A DNA stretch of 64,000 bases from Eledone cirrhosa (Eukaryota), in contig OZ024756.1 in NCBI GenBank assembly GCA_964016885.1, forward strand, positions 9,362,001 to 9,426,000, given 5' to 3'. Positions 1 to 12,921 of the stretch are shown in pieces. The translations under genes were made by a program, and so were the position numbers. Numbering within the stretch: the first letter of the stretch is position 1; every line of letters starts with the position of its first letter. A model generated the notes under the pieces. The model saw only the letters and a program-made list of their open reading frames with translations. It was not told the DNA's origin and made no database searches.

Positions 1-6
1 GAAAAT

Positions 7-1471
7 TTGCTAGAGGCTAGAAAATACGTATCTTTTGGGGAGGATGGTTCTTTTACGATCAACTCCCCAGAAGAAGTGCGTCAACAGGTTTATAAGAATA
101 CCGTAACCTACAGAACCATAACCAACGAAACAAGAAAGCCAGCGCAATTGACCGAAAGTCAAATTGAGCTGGTTCTGAAAGAAATTAAAAACGACATACT
201 CTTTATTCAAAGAGGAAAGCTGTATGCCAGCATTATGGTCCGAATGAAGGACGAAATGCTGGCGCAAAAATATTCGGTGGCACCTATAGTGTCACCACAA
301 TACACCTTCTTCCCCACATATAAAGGAAGAAGAACACAAAGAATAAGAACGTGGAGCCCAACGCCGGAAATTAACATCTGGTCCGTCCTAACAGGATTTA
401 CCGACCTAGATAAGGATATACTTATTTCAGCAGGGGAGTCCACCAGTGGACTGTTCGGGGGGGGGGGGGGAAGTCTGGAGGTTCTCTTACAGATGACACC
501 TGAGAGAATCTCCGGAATACCCGACCGAGTGCTACTGGATGGGCGAACCTTCATAAATATCACAGTGGAAGGCAGGAGACCCTCATGTTACCACTGCGCT
601 GGCAGAGGTCACCTGAGGACGGCCTGCCCTCTACTAACAACAAAAAAAAAACACTGCTACAAACACCACAACAACAACAAAAACAACCAGCACCACCATC
701 ACAAAAACAACAAAATACACTCCCATCACCACCAGAACGACAACAAAAACCAACAACACCACCACCACCACCACCACCACCACAACAACAACATCAACAA
801 CAGCTCAAGAAAACAACCCAAAACACGGTCCCACCCAGCCCCACCCCACAGAACACAAATACAAAAACATACGCAGTTCATACACAACCCGGAGATATAC
901 CCCTCCCCTCCAATACGGAAGAGGAGCTCATATCGTCGGAAGACGAGGGGGCTCCCTTCCAAAAAGTGAAAAGAAAAAAACGTACACACACCACACAAAC
1001 AAAAATAACCCCACCTGACAACACAACACAGACAATAAAACGCAAACTCATTCAACAACAACAAGCAAAAACAAACACAACAACACAAAAACTCTACACA
1101 TACATAAACAAAAACAATAAAAACCTAACTGAAAAAATAGAAAACAACCCTTCGATACAAACCGAAGGGCCGAATTTCGTAACGGCAATGGGACTCCCTA
1201 ACCTGAAAATGGTGAAAATCCCACTTGACATTTTCAAAACTTTGAAAGACATTTACCCTGAGGACGTGGGCCCACCCTGCACCAGGCCACTCAACCGCGT
1301 CCTCCTGAAAGGTTTTCCCCTCCCCTCCGCAAACACCCACACAGCTCCAAAGATCCCAACCCTCCACACACTAATACCCCCACACCACCACAAACCACCA
1401 CCCCACCCATAAATCCCTCCACCAGCCCCATGGAAACTGAGCGGCCCGAACCCCGGGACGCAGAGAGGTAA
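7..1471 (+). pseudogene. Tx1 ORF1 (gag-like zinc-knuckle protein), frameshifted
   Basis: ORFs 7-969 and 585-1412 join at the A-run near 642-651; both align with ORF1 of the copy at 31669-33511. Confidence 0.8.
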
Positions 1472-1494
1472 GTGCCTCTTTCTTTGCCACCAAC

Positions 1495-4442
1495 ATGGCT
1501 GTCTTAAGAGTAGGTTGTCTAAATGCGCGTGGCCTGGGCTCACCTTGGAAGCAAGCTAAACTTCTAAGTGACCTCAGGTCACAATGTATAAATGTGATGG
1601 TTATTTGCGAGGCCCGGATCAGCAGCATGCGACAGCTAGCCCCCACCTTTGATGACTTTGAGATGCACGCATCTCTCTGTCAGCCCGGAGGTGGGGGTGG
1701 GGTTGTCGTTCTGCTGCAAAAACATCTGGGTCTCGCTACACAGACGGTACACTTGGACCCGGAGGGTCGACTCGTGGTTCTGGACCTTGGCAATGGTGAA
1801 GGCGAAGCTTTTAGGCTTGTCGCCGTATACGCCCCTTTTGGGGCAATGCGGTCGAACTTCTTCCATCGTCTGGAGACTTTTCTAGGGATGTCCCGCTCCT
1901 TGCTTTTAGTGGGGGACTGGAATGGTATCCTAGATGCACGTTGGGACTATGTAGGGGCATGTCCCGATAGAGGGGGGTGTAACAGCCTTAAGGGGTTAAT
2001 CAGCCGATTTGACCTGGCCGATAGATACCGACTAGATTTTCCGACTGTACCAACCTGGACCTGGTCAAATAAGTGGTCAATCTAGATCGTACCTAGATAG
2101 GTTCTTAGTTAGAATTAAGGATAGGGACTTTTTAAGTTGTCCAGAAATGCTCATGGTGGGCTATTCAGACCACAAGTTAGTGACCTGCGTAGTCCACCTT
2201 GATAGAACGCATAGGCAGGGGCCCGGTTACTGGAAGCTCAACTTGTCCTTACCGGCAAGTAGAGCTTACAGGGACCGGATTAGAACCTTAGTTAAGGAGC
2301 GGTTGACGGGCGCCATCGTCAACAACAGGTGGTGGGGCTCTCTAAAAAGAGAGATTAGAGTAGTTTCAATAGGAGTTAGTAAGGAGTTAGCCTCAGATAG
2401 AAATAGGAAGGAAAGGGAGTTGGTAGTTAATGTTGAAGAGGCAATGAGAAGCGGCAACGTGGCCAGAGTGCAAGCGTCGAGAACGGTCTTGAACCAGTTC
2501 TTCGACGCGAAACACGAAGGCTGCGTTGTCCGAAGCAAAATACGTGCTCTGGGAAACGAGGGGACCAAAGCTGTTAGCTGGGCCCGCGTGACAGAAGCGA
2601 AAAGTGGGATTAAATCCACTATCCGGTCTTTGCGAGACCAGGATGGACGGGTGATCCTTGAACCTAAGCAAATGTGCGAGGCCTTTCAAAGGCACTTTGC
2701 CCAATTGTTCGGGAGGGGCGGGGAGCCGGTTGGAGATGTGGATTTCGGTCCATACCTCGACGGCCTGCCGCGTCTTTCGGACAGGGAGGCGAGGTCCTGC
2801 GACGGGCCGATCTCAGCTGCTGAAATAGGGGACGTGCTGAGCCTATGCGGCAAACGCAAATCTCCAGGACTCGATGGTCTGCCCTACGAACTATATATTA
2901 ATATGCCGGACTTGTTCCCCGATCTCCTCGAGGCGGTCTACTGCAACTGGCAATAGAACGGGAGAATTCCCTGTTCTGTGACCAAGGGCGTAGTCTCGCT
3001 AGTGAGGAAGGACGAGAACAAGGGGTATGACATTAGTAATTTTAGGCCCATAACTCTGCTAAATGCAGAGTTAAAGATTTTGGCGAAGGTGTTAGCGAAG
3101 AGGTTGGCGCTTGTCGTGGGCAACCTGGTGGGAGATGCGCAGACATGCGCTATCCCGTCCAGGTCCATCCACGACAACCTCCACCTCATGCGATACATCA
3201 TAGAGAGGGTTGGGAACGAACCCGGCTTTGGTGGGGCCCTGATAAATTTAGATCAGTCTAAAGCGTTCGATAGGGTGGACCATGGTTACCTGGATGCGGT
3301 GCTAGCGGCGACTGGGTTCGGACCCGTTTTCAGGGGCTGGATCACTGCCATGCACAGCAGCCGCATCTGCTCTAGAGTCAAGGTGAACGGCTACCTTTCG
3401 GAGCCGTTCGAAATCACCCGCTCCATCCGACAGGGATGCCCTCTCTCCTCCCTTCTGTATGTATTGGCTCTCGAGCCACTACTGCGGAAGTTGGAGTTGT
3501 TGCAGGGCATCCCTTTGGAACCGGGATTGCACAAAGCGGTGTCGGCCCATGCCGATGACGTAAACACGTAAAAATGCGTAAACACGCATTGAGGCTAAGG
3601 CACCTCCACGTATTCCTCACCGGTCAACCGGTGTGGGTCCCGTTTGTGAGGCGAGCCTCCCCGAGGCTCGTCTCGCTCACCGAGCTGCAGTCCTGGGTGA
3701 AGCAAAGACCGAGAAAACTGGGCGACTGGCACACCGAGTGTGCCCAGGCGCTCACGGCTCTCTGGCAGGCGGACCCGGCTATCGACGGAGACTCCACCTC
3801 GTCATTCTATAGAGGGCTGGTGGTTAGCGGGTGCGACGACGCCCTCGGAGAAGCCCTAGGCATGGAGGAGGACGAACTGGCCAGTCTATTCGGTAGGACT
3901 TTCGGCCCGGGACCTATGGACAACTTCCAGAAGTCCTTGGCCTGGCAGTGCTACCGAGGGGCTCTGCCCGTTCGGGATAAGCTCTACAGACACGGGCTCC
4001 CGGGTAGGGACCCCTCGAAAAAGATCTGTCCCAGATGCGTGCGCGACGAGGAAACCGTCGCGCACGCATTGGTGCACTGCCCGGGCGTTGCCGATCTGTG
4101 GGGCTATGTCGAACAACTGCTGTCACGGGTGGGACCAATTAGGTTGACCACCGAGTCCATTGTAACGATCAAGCCGCCTCCCCCCTTCAAAAATGAAGGG
4201 GAGGCGGTCTTCCTCTATGTAATAGCCATGGTAAAAGAGGCTATATGGTGGACGCGTCTGAAAGGGCTGAGGTCGGACACCTTTCTCTCCGGCCAACAAC
4301 TGGTCCTTTTCTTCCGATACCATTTTGGAAGAAGGATCAGGATGGAGAGAGAGGTGCTCCACTCCAGCCAGTTTATGAAAGGTGGGTGAAAGTTGCGAGA
4401 ATGGCCCGTGTGAATGGGCCTTCTCTCTACCTTAGCCTGTAG
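1495..4442 (+). pseudogene. Tx1 ORF2 (APE-RT-Zn knuckle), disrupted
   Basis: Split into 1495-2085, 2147-2956, 2978-3571 and 3574-4389; about 500 bp deleted near 3565 (DDV jumps to MRKHALRLRH) relative to the intact ORF2 at 28198-31635. Confidence 0.9.
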
Positions 4443-4664
4443 GTGGAACAGAAAGAAGGGAGCACCCTCTCTTTGTGCTCCCGTGGAGAAGGGTCGCACA
4501 CTTTTTTTCGGGTGTGTGTGTGACCCCAAAACGATCCCTCCCTATTGAGGACCTTCTTGTTATTATTTTGTTTGTTATATTTTTCTTACTCGATTTTTAT
4601 GTAAACTCCCCCCACCCATGTACATGTCCCTTTCTGTTGCGCCCTAGTGGCAAATAAACAGAAA

Positions 4665-4730
<66 letters not shown>
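4665..4730. repeat. (TCTG)n microsatellite at the Tx1 3' junction
   Basis: Directly visible. Confidence 0.95.
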
Positions 4731-4920
4731 CCTTTCTGTCTAACTCTATTCTTTCTCTAATCTTTGGACTGTTTTCAAACAGACGACATTACTGTATTTA
4801 TAACAAATCGAGGTAGATTCAGTTTGAAACTAGTTAGACCATTACTCAACAGAGTACTCAATACTTGGGGTAGTAGAGAGTTCCAGACTAGTCGGGTCTC
4901 GACTAGTCAGTATATATATG

Positions 4921-4972
<52 letters not shown>

Positions 4973-4973
<1 letters not shown>

Positions 4974-5581
4974 GGTGGCTGCCAACTCGTTTTCGAGTAC
5001 GGCCACTACTTTATATCCATGTAGGAGAACCCCCTACCGAACCCCTACGAGTGTGACTTTTTAGTCCAGCCAGCGACTTGAAAACTCTGGTACAAACACT
5101 ACACTTGTGACTATTATTGACACATAGTGCTGGGCCCATGGTACCCTGTGACGACAAGTGCAGAGAGATCTCCAGATATAAAGCAATGCCTGTGTCGTGA
5201 AGCTTTTATAGTGAGCAAAGGCACTGCACAAAGCCAGTCCCACTCTCTTAACCAAGATGATATTTACCAAAAAGAAGAACAAGTCAACATCATTGGATAC
5301 CATCAGGGTTGCAGGTGTTATATCAGAGTTTTCCTTCTCCTAGAATTCTACCTTGACAAAGGCTAAGGGGTCATCTCTCCCGGTGATTTTGGATGGCCAT
5401 TGACTCTTAAGAGCTCCTTTGCCCTTTGACAGGTTTTGTTTTTAGTCCTGCAGAATGTCCAAAGTCACCCTCCTCACCAAGAAACCTTGGTGGGGTTGCC
5501 AGTTTAGTCGCCAACGACCCGACCATGAGACAGGTTGTACTGGGATACATGTTACCAGTAGCACCAACTGGTGACCTGACA
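4973..5581 (-). mobile_element. ~600-bp non-autonomous interspersed element, RTE 5'UTR-like (copy 1 of 3)
   Basis: Near-identical to 22719-23120 and 24783-25391; minus strand carries GGAGAAGGAAAACTCTGAT and CTAAACTGGCAACCCC, motifs I associate with RTE 5' UTRs; flanked by (TA)n. Confidence 0.6.
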
Positions 5582-5594
5582 TATATATATATAT

Positions 5595-5792
5595 CAAATC
5601 GGACCGAGGAAACAATTTTTCCGTTGGTCTTTCCAGTTGCTAATACTATCTATCGGTCGCAACTCCAGGTAGAAGGAACAACGTGAAATAAAGTGTCTTG
5701 CTCAAGGACATAACGCATCGCCCTGTCCGGGAATCGAACCGACAACCTCCCAATTGCGAATCCAATTCTCTAACCACTCAGCCACACACCTT
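5595..5792 (-). mobile_element. tRNA-derived SINE with CORE-like domain (OR-like)
   Basis: Minus strand: GTGGCTGAGTGGTTAGAG (A box), GGTTCGATTCCCG (B box), then TGTCCTTGAGCAAGACACTTTATTTCACGTTG; further copies near 25778, 48685, 54855 and 57510. Confidence 0.75.
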
Positions 5793-5804
5793 TATATATA
5801 TATA

Positions 5805-5993
5805 TGAACAAGTATGACCCCGACGGCAGAGCTCAATCCGTTTCGACGGGTAATTCTGGACATAATTAGCCGTCGAAACGGCTTGAGCTCTGCCGTCGGG
5901 GTCATACTTGTTCCTATTACCCACTCTACTACCCTAAGTATTGAGTACTTTGGTGCGTTATGGTCCACCTGGTTCCTTACCACATTTCCTTCG

Positions 5994-5995
<2 letters not shown>
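5805..5995. mobile_element. Short (TA)n-embedded element family A with inverted 5' duplication and half-hammerhead
   Basis: Copies at 7938-8100, 12567-12758, 15392-15585, 19960-20060, 27130-27328, 27430-27530 and 34855-34913; carries GAAA-CGGC-loop-GCCG-TC-GGGGTC. Confidence 0.75.
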
Positions 5996-6059
<64 letters not shown>

Positions 6060-6466
6060 AAACGGAAAAAATGAAACGAAATTTCATTTCCCACTCTTAG
6101 TACGGCTGTTACTTAAATATAAGTATGTATACGTACATACATATATGTATACAGACGTACAGTAGTATGTATATATATATACATGCACACATATATATAT
6201 GTACGTATGGATTCACCGAACATTTATTATAATACTCGGTGTGTTTGTAAACAAACATCCCGAATTAAGTCGTAGTGTCTAGCAACCATCGTTGCTCTTT
6301 TGTTCAACACTGACAAAGGAACGCTGTACTAGTTTCAAGCTTATTAGCTATCGTCAGCAACGTATACCTTCCTGCCAGATGATTGAACGTCTGAAAGTAT
6401 ATACTTTCCTTATGCATATTAACGGTTGGGCAGCCTAATTTGCATATCGAGTGAGTTAATCAGCCG

Positions 6467-6509
<43 letters not shown>

Positions 6510-6570
6510 GGAAAAAATGAAACGAAATTTCATTTCCCACTCTTAGTACGGCTGTTACTTAAATATAAGT
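6060..6570 (-). mobile_element. Hammerhead-containing element family B (retrozyme-like), partial
   Basis: Homologous to 23217-23865 and 43330-44662; HHR at 6321-6363. Confidence 0.75.
6321..6363 (-). ncRNA. Type I hammerhead ribozyme (family B)
   Basis: Minus: ACGTTG-CTGACGA-T-AGCT aata AGCT-T-GAAA-CTA-GTA^CAGCGT; stem I ACGTTG/CAGCGT, palindromic stem III ACTAGT. Confidence 0.85.
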
Positions 6571-6648
6571 ATGTATATATATACATACATTATATGAATG
6601 TGTGGGTAGACCGGGACCCTATGCGTACGACTGTCGGTATCTATGTGG

Positions 6649-6708
<60 letters not shown>

Positions 6709-7057
6709 GTGTGAGTGCGCGCGTGGATGTGTGGACTACCAAACACAGCAGTAATTCATTGAAGTGTAGCAGACATGGGACAGCGGAATAATACCTGTGG
6801 TCAGAATTTATGATGACGTAGACAACCAGCAGCAAATCACTGGACGCGCGAAGATGATGAAGTTTTTGACAGTACTGGCCCACAGGGTCAGATACCCCAG
6901 TGGAAGAATATGGTCCGAAATCATTAGACGTGTCCGTCGAACCTGCGGGTCCAGAATCAGACAGATCCACACAATGATCGTGTCTCGAGCTGCAATTGTA
7001 ACACAATAAACTGAGTTCAGATGCATCACCACTGATTTTTCGTTTTATATTACATAC

Positions 7058-7118
<61 letters not shown>

Positions 7119-7159
7119 TTTACTCTTTTACCTGTTTCACCCATCCGGCTGAGGCCATG

Positions 7160-7200
<41 letters not shown>

Positions 7201-7371
7201 AAAATTGAACAGGAACAAAACAGAGAGGCAGTACGAACAAAGGTTTATTAATTTCACGCTCTTGAGAGTGGGGTGGTGTTAAGGAACGTCGTTTCGGGCA
7301 TAAGCCCTTCTTCAGGTGAAAAGTGTGTGGGAAGAGAGTTCAAAGGGTGTGTAGGGGAGTGGTGGTGAGAC

Positions 7372-7406
<35 letters not shown>

Positions 7407-7502
7407 ATATAGAAATGGCTTCTCGAGTTCTATATTAAATATTTATATTCTACTATGTATTGAGTACCTTACTTACTGTGGTTACCTCCGATTGAACCCG
7501 GG

Positions 7503-7584
<82 letters not shown>

Positions 7585-7688
7585 TATGAAATTTCGTTTC
7601 ATTTTTTCCATTTATATATATATATATTAAATCTTAATGATTAAATCTTAACCATTTAACATCTCAGGGTATGTCATGTATCATTATA

Positions 7689-7738
7689 TTTTGTCTGATG
7701 AGAACGTACTGTGGTACATCCGAAATATGTATAATAAA
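7689..7738 (+). ncRNA. Type I hammerhead ribozyme, minimal
   Basis: TTTTGT-CTGATGA-GAAC GTAC tgtg GTAC ATCC-GAAA-TATGT-ATA^ATAAAA; related copy on minus strand at ~37024-37085. Confidence 0.6.
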
Positions 7739-7865
7739 AAGTAATTGATCAAAAGAACATCTCTAATAATAATAATTCCGTAAAATTTTTTTCCCATAGA
7801 GTGCTTCCAATCTACTGTAAAACTCATTCTTGGACATAATCATTGAATATCGCTTCGACATAATC

Positions 7866-7939
<74 letters not shown>

Positions 7940-8098
7940 GGAACGAGTAGGACCCCGACGGCTGAGCTCAAGCCGTTTCGACGGCTAATTCTGGACTGAG
8001 TCGGAGTCCTACTCGTTCCTATTACCCACTCTACTACTCTAAGTATTGAGTACTTTGGTGCGTTATGGTCCACCTGGTTCCTTACCACATTTCCTTCG

Positions 8099-8142
<44 letters not shown>

Positions 8143-8599
8143 TAAACCATCCAGTATTTCCGTATCTTTCATGGTACTTTGGATCTCCACCAGGAAACTT
8201 TATGTTTCATGTTTTCAGACCACCAGGCTACTCTCTGAATGGACGATGGTTCTAATCACTCCTCGATCTTTCCCAGTACATTACTAGGACACTAATTGTT
8301 CACTCTCCCAGTTCATCTAACTATAAATAGGTGCCAAAAGATAGGGAAGCTTACCGCTATAGCTATCATGAAGTTTCTATAATTGGCTTGTTATGACAAT
8401 GAAAAGTGGTCTTACATTATTAGAGGAAGGCTAAATCTGATGTGACACCAATGACCTTCCCAGAGTATTAGAGTTGTAGGTTTAACGTACTGGAATTAAC
8501 TGATAAGAAAATCATGATTGCAGTTTCAATTCCCTAGAAGTATGGTACTCACAACATTTCGTCGTCGTTGTTGTTGTTGCTGTTGTTCTTGTTTACCAT

Positions 8600-8955
8600 G
8601 GACCAGCTTTAGAAAAAGCTGAGTATAAGTGGAATGAGATATAATGTGTTTGGGGGAGAAAATACTGCGCTTGTATCGACATGTGATGCGCATAGGTGAT
8701 TGTCGTTGGGTGAAAATGTGTCAAGAAATCCCAGTGTAAGGATACTGAGTTAATCCCTCCAGTGTAAGGATACTGAGTTAAGGGAGAGCAAGGGTGGAAG
8801 TTGTGAGAGTTGAACTCTGCTGAAACTCACAGAGGAGATGACGAAGGGCCGCGGCATGTGGAATGATGCTGTGCTGGAAAAAAACAAAAACCTAGTCCAA
8901 CCTTTGGAAAAAAGCCGACATAAAATGATGATGATGATAACGATGATGGTGATGA
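8600..8955 (+). mobile_element. RTE-clade LINE 3' fragment with (ATG)n tail
   Basis: Degenerate translation LRLYRHVMRIGDCRWVKMC...LKLTEEMTKGRGMWNDAV resembles the RTE ORF C-terminus; ends in ATGATGATG. Confidence 0.55.
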
Positions 8956-9525
8956 AAGGGATATCAGTTATACCCCTGCCCCCTAACATTTTCGTAGGAA
9001 CATTACACTCAGAAACCTATAATCCAATATTCTCCTTTCTAAGACGACCGTGTGGGATTTTAGGAATATTTAGTTGCTATTTCTAGCAGTTTAACTGAAT
9101 ACATAGATGTCCCCTTTCTGGTTCATAGATGTATAGTGTTTCTTTTCGTCTTCATGCTAACCAGATCCCCCCCCCCCCCAGCACGATGCACACAGGAGCG
9201 TGTTATACACAATACACCGGAGATAGTGTTGTGGTGACCACCCCTTTGGGATTAAAGAAATGGACTCGATGGACTATTATAAATAAGCAACATGTCTCGT
9301 TGTCAGTAGTTCGGGTGGAGTCTCGTTTGAATGTCTCAGGTTTTATAGTCGGAAGTTACACCTGAGATAAAATTGTTAGTAACCCCCTCATCGTAGAAAT
9401 ATAACCAGTCCAAAGGGTTATACAACTAAGACACTAATATCTATGATATGAGGAAACATTGCTTACTTTTTCTAGCAGTCTAACCGACCACGTAGAGTGT
9501 TTCCCGTTTATTTCATCGACAGATA

Positions 9526-9757
9526 ATGGTTTCTGATTTAGGAACAAGGCCAACAATTTGTTGGGGTGGGGGTGCGGGGAGAAAGTCGATTAAATCGACC
9601 CCAGTGCGTTACTGGTACTTTACTTTATCGACCTCGTAAGGATGAAAGGGAAAGCTAACCTTAGCAGCGGGAGTTTTGAACTCAAAACGTAAAGGGCCGT
9701 AACTCTATGCCGCAAAGCATATTATCCGATGCTCTACCGATTACTACCAATCCACTG
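9526..9757 (-). mobile_element. tRNA-derived SINE, OK-like (Meta-like central domain)
   Basis: Minus strand carries CTTTCATCCTTACGAGGTCGATAAAGTAAAGTACCAG; many copies in window. Confidence 0.75.
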
Positions 9758-10054
9758 TTCATCGATATATAATGATACTTTTGTTTTGGCTTTCGTGTTG
9801 GTCGTTTGTAGGGTTCATGGCACCCCCCCCGTTCCTAGGATGGTGGTGGGGAGTTGTGGAATATTTCATGAATCAACTTCAACGTTGTTATCCAAATTCT
9901 GTCAGAGAAACACAATATTTCTATGGTTAGCAACCTCACTCGAATACATGTCCAAAATCGATTGTCAGCTTCCCTCCCGGATTATCAGATATTCTGTCAA
10001 TTATACACAAGGCTTTTAAACCAAAAAAAAAAAAAAAGTTTCTTCTATTTGTCA

Positions 10055-10245
10055 ATAATTGTTTCTACTTTAGGAACAAGGCCAGCAATTACCCAGTGCA
10101 TTACTGGTACTTTATTTTATCGACCCCGTAAGGATGAAAGGCAAAGTCAGCCTCGGCCGGATTTGAACTCAGATCGTAAAGGGACGTAACTATGCTGGAA
10201 AGCATGGCGTCCGACCCTCTACCGATACTGCCAATCCACCGCCTT
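10055..10245 (-). mobile_element. OK-like SINE
   Basis: Same family consensus. Confidence 0.8.
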
Positions 10246-10689
10246 ATTTTTGTCAATAATGCATGATGGAGGTTTAACCCTTTAGCATTCACATTACTCT
10301 ATATATACTATTATATTTTCACGGTAAAGGTTTTACCTCACATAATTATCTCACATAATATCGAATCTATGAGATTTTGAAAGTATTTATTTTGAGAAGA
10401 ATACCTTAACATCAGTTTGAGCGAACAGTTACAGCCAGTTTCAAGAGAAAGAGGTAGAGAATTCTGGCCGGTTTTGGCCAGTTTGAACATTAAAGGGTTA
10501 AAGCGAACAGTTCTTTTACAGAAATGCAGATAGAATCAGTTGGGGTGAGAAGAGTGCTGCTAGAAACTGGGGGAGGAAAAACTTCAACTCAAAACTGTTT
10601 TGAATCCAAAATAACTTATATTTCCCAAATAATTATATATCTTCTATAGTGGAGCAGAGAGAGAGAGGGAGAGAGGGGGGGGGGAGAAG

Positions 10690-10738
<49 letters not shown>

Positions 10739-10761
10739 AAGAATGAGATACACAGAGAAAG

Positions 10762-10842
<81 letters not shown>

Positions 10843-10915
10843 CGAGAGAGAGAGGAAGGGTATATAGTTATATATATATATATAGAGAGAGAAAGAATGA
10901 GATACATAGAGAAAG

Positions 10916-10996
<81 letters not shown>

Positions 10997-11274
10997 TAAG
11001 GGTGTATATATATATGGAGAGAGAGAGGGAGGGAGAGAGAGAGTAAGGGTATATAGATATATATAGATATATATATATATAGACAGAGTAAGGGTGTATA
11101 TATATATATATATATATATAGAATTCACAAGAATCAAAGCTATGTTCAAAGCATTTATTAGCTTACAATTGTTTCATCCAAACCGTGTGTAAGCTAATAA
11201 ATGCTTTGAACATAGCTGTGATTCCTGTGAATTCTATATAACTGCTCTGTAGAACAACTGATGTTATTACATTG

Positions 11275-11463
11275 AGCGGTGGATTGGCTGTATCGGTAGA
11301 GGGTTGGACGCCATGCTTTCTAGCATAGTTACGTCCCTTTGCAGTCTGAGTTCAAATCCCGCCGAGGTTAACTTTGCCTTTCATCCTTACGGGGTCGATA
11401 AAATAAAGTACCAGTAATGCACTGAGTAATTGCTGGCCTTGTGCCTAAAGTAGAAACACTTAT
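11275..11463 (+). mobile_element. OK-like SINE with TSD, inserted into a (TA)n-embedded palindromic element (11120-11590)
   Basis: TTATTACATTGAGC duplicated at ~11264-11277 and ~11460-11473. Confidence 0.8.
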
Positions 11464-11591
11464 TACATTGAGCTATTTATCTTACTGGTAATAAGGTAGT
11501 AATAAATTACTGTCTTTCACTGTTTAGGGTTTAAAATATATATAACTATATAAAGTTTTAGTATATACATAACCATAAATAGTATCCTTAA

Positions 11592-11659
<68 letters not shown>

Positions 11660-11796
11660 GTAGAAATCCGTGTGAACAGGATGGATACGAGAGAGATTGG
11701 ACTTTGGGTCATTTTTGAGTGACACCGGTTTAACAATTTCACTTGTCAGCTATACTGATGTGATGATAAAATTGGAACTAGACTTCTCACTGGCAA

Positions 11797-12475
11797 TAAC
11801 ACTCTCTCACACACACACAGACACACATACACTCACACACTCACACACACGGACAAAAACACATACTCACACACACTCACTCACACACACATACACTCAC
11901 ACACACACACTCACACACACTCACTCACACACATTCACTCACACACACACACACTCTCACACACACTCACTCACACTCACTCACACACACACACACACAC
12001 ACACATACACACACACTCACACTACTCACACACACTCACTCACACACAGACACACACACACTTACACACACTCACACGCACTTACTCACACTCACACACA
12101 CTCACACTCACACACACACACACACACACACTCACACACACATACAGACACACACACAGTCACATACACACACATACAGACACACACAGACACACACACA
12201 CTCACACACTCACACACACAGACACACGTACAGTCACATACACACACACAGTCACACACAATAACACACATACACACACAGTAACATAAACACACATACA
12301 CACATGTATAAACGTATACACACATACTCACACACACAAACACACACATACACACAGACACACAGACACAGACACCCACACACAGACACACACACAGAGT
12401 CACACACACACATATATACACACATACTCACACACATATATATACACATACACCCCCCCCCACACACAAGCGCAC
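11797..12475. repeat. Degenerate (CA)n/(CACT)n microsatellite
   Basis: Directly visible. Confidence 0.9.
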
Positions 12476-12520
12476 ATAAATACTGTTGGCTTCTTGCTCA
12501 CAATAATTTCTATACTTTTC

Positions 12521-12568
<48 letters not shown>

Positions 12569-12858
12569 CGAAGGAAATGTGGTAAGGAACCAGGTGGACC
12601 CTAACGCACCAAAGTACTCAATACTTAGGGTAGTAGAGTGGGTAATAGGAACGAGTAGGACCCCGACGGCTGAGCTCAAGCCGTTTCGACGGCTAATTCA
12701 GGACTGAATTAGCCGTCGAAACGGCTTGAGCTCAGCCGTCGGGGTCCTACTCGTTCCTATATATATATATATAGAGAGAGAGAAATAAATAGGGAGAAAG
12801 AGAAAGGCAGAGAGAAAGAGAGGTAGAAAGAGAGAGAAAGAGAGAAGGAATTTGAGAG

Positions 12859-12890
<32 letters not shown>

Positions 12891-12921
12891 TCTTCCAGAA
12901 CCTATTCTTACAATATTATAA

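Larger units (their letters stand above)
1..4664 (+). mobile_element. Tx1/L1-clade non-LTR retrotransposon, degenerate copy A (5' end outside window)
   Basis: ORF1 with CCHC knuckle (CYHCAGRGHLRTAC), then APE endonuclease (NARGL, ICEAR, GDWN), RT (FRPITLLN, LDQSKAFDRV, QGCPLS, HADD) and C-terminal CPRC..ETVAHALVHC; 3' end GCCCTAGTGGCAAATAAACAGAAA runs into (TCTG)n. Confidence 0.93.

Noticed and set aside
6775-7040. GC-richer island as a possible host exon
   Set aside because: No recognisable domain in any frame and no convincing splice pair; left unassigned.
7285-7320. Hammerhead core CTGAAGA-AGGGC ttat GCCC-GAAAC on the minus strand
   Set aside because: Core and stem II are good, but I could not form stem I adjacent to a cleavage triplet; counted only as partial.
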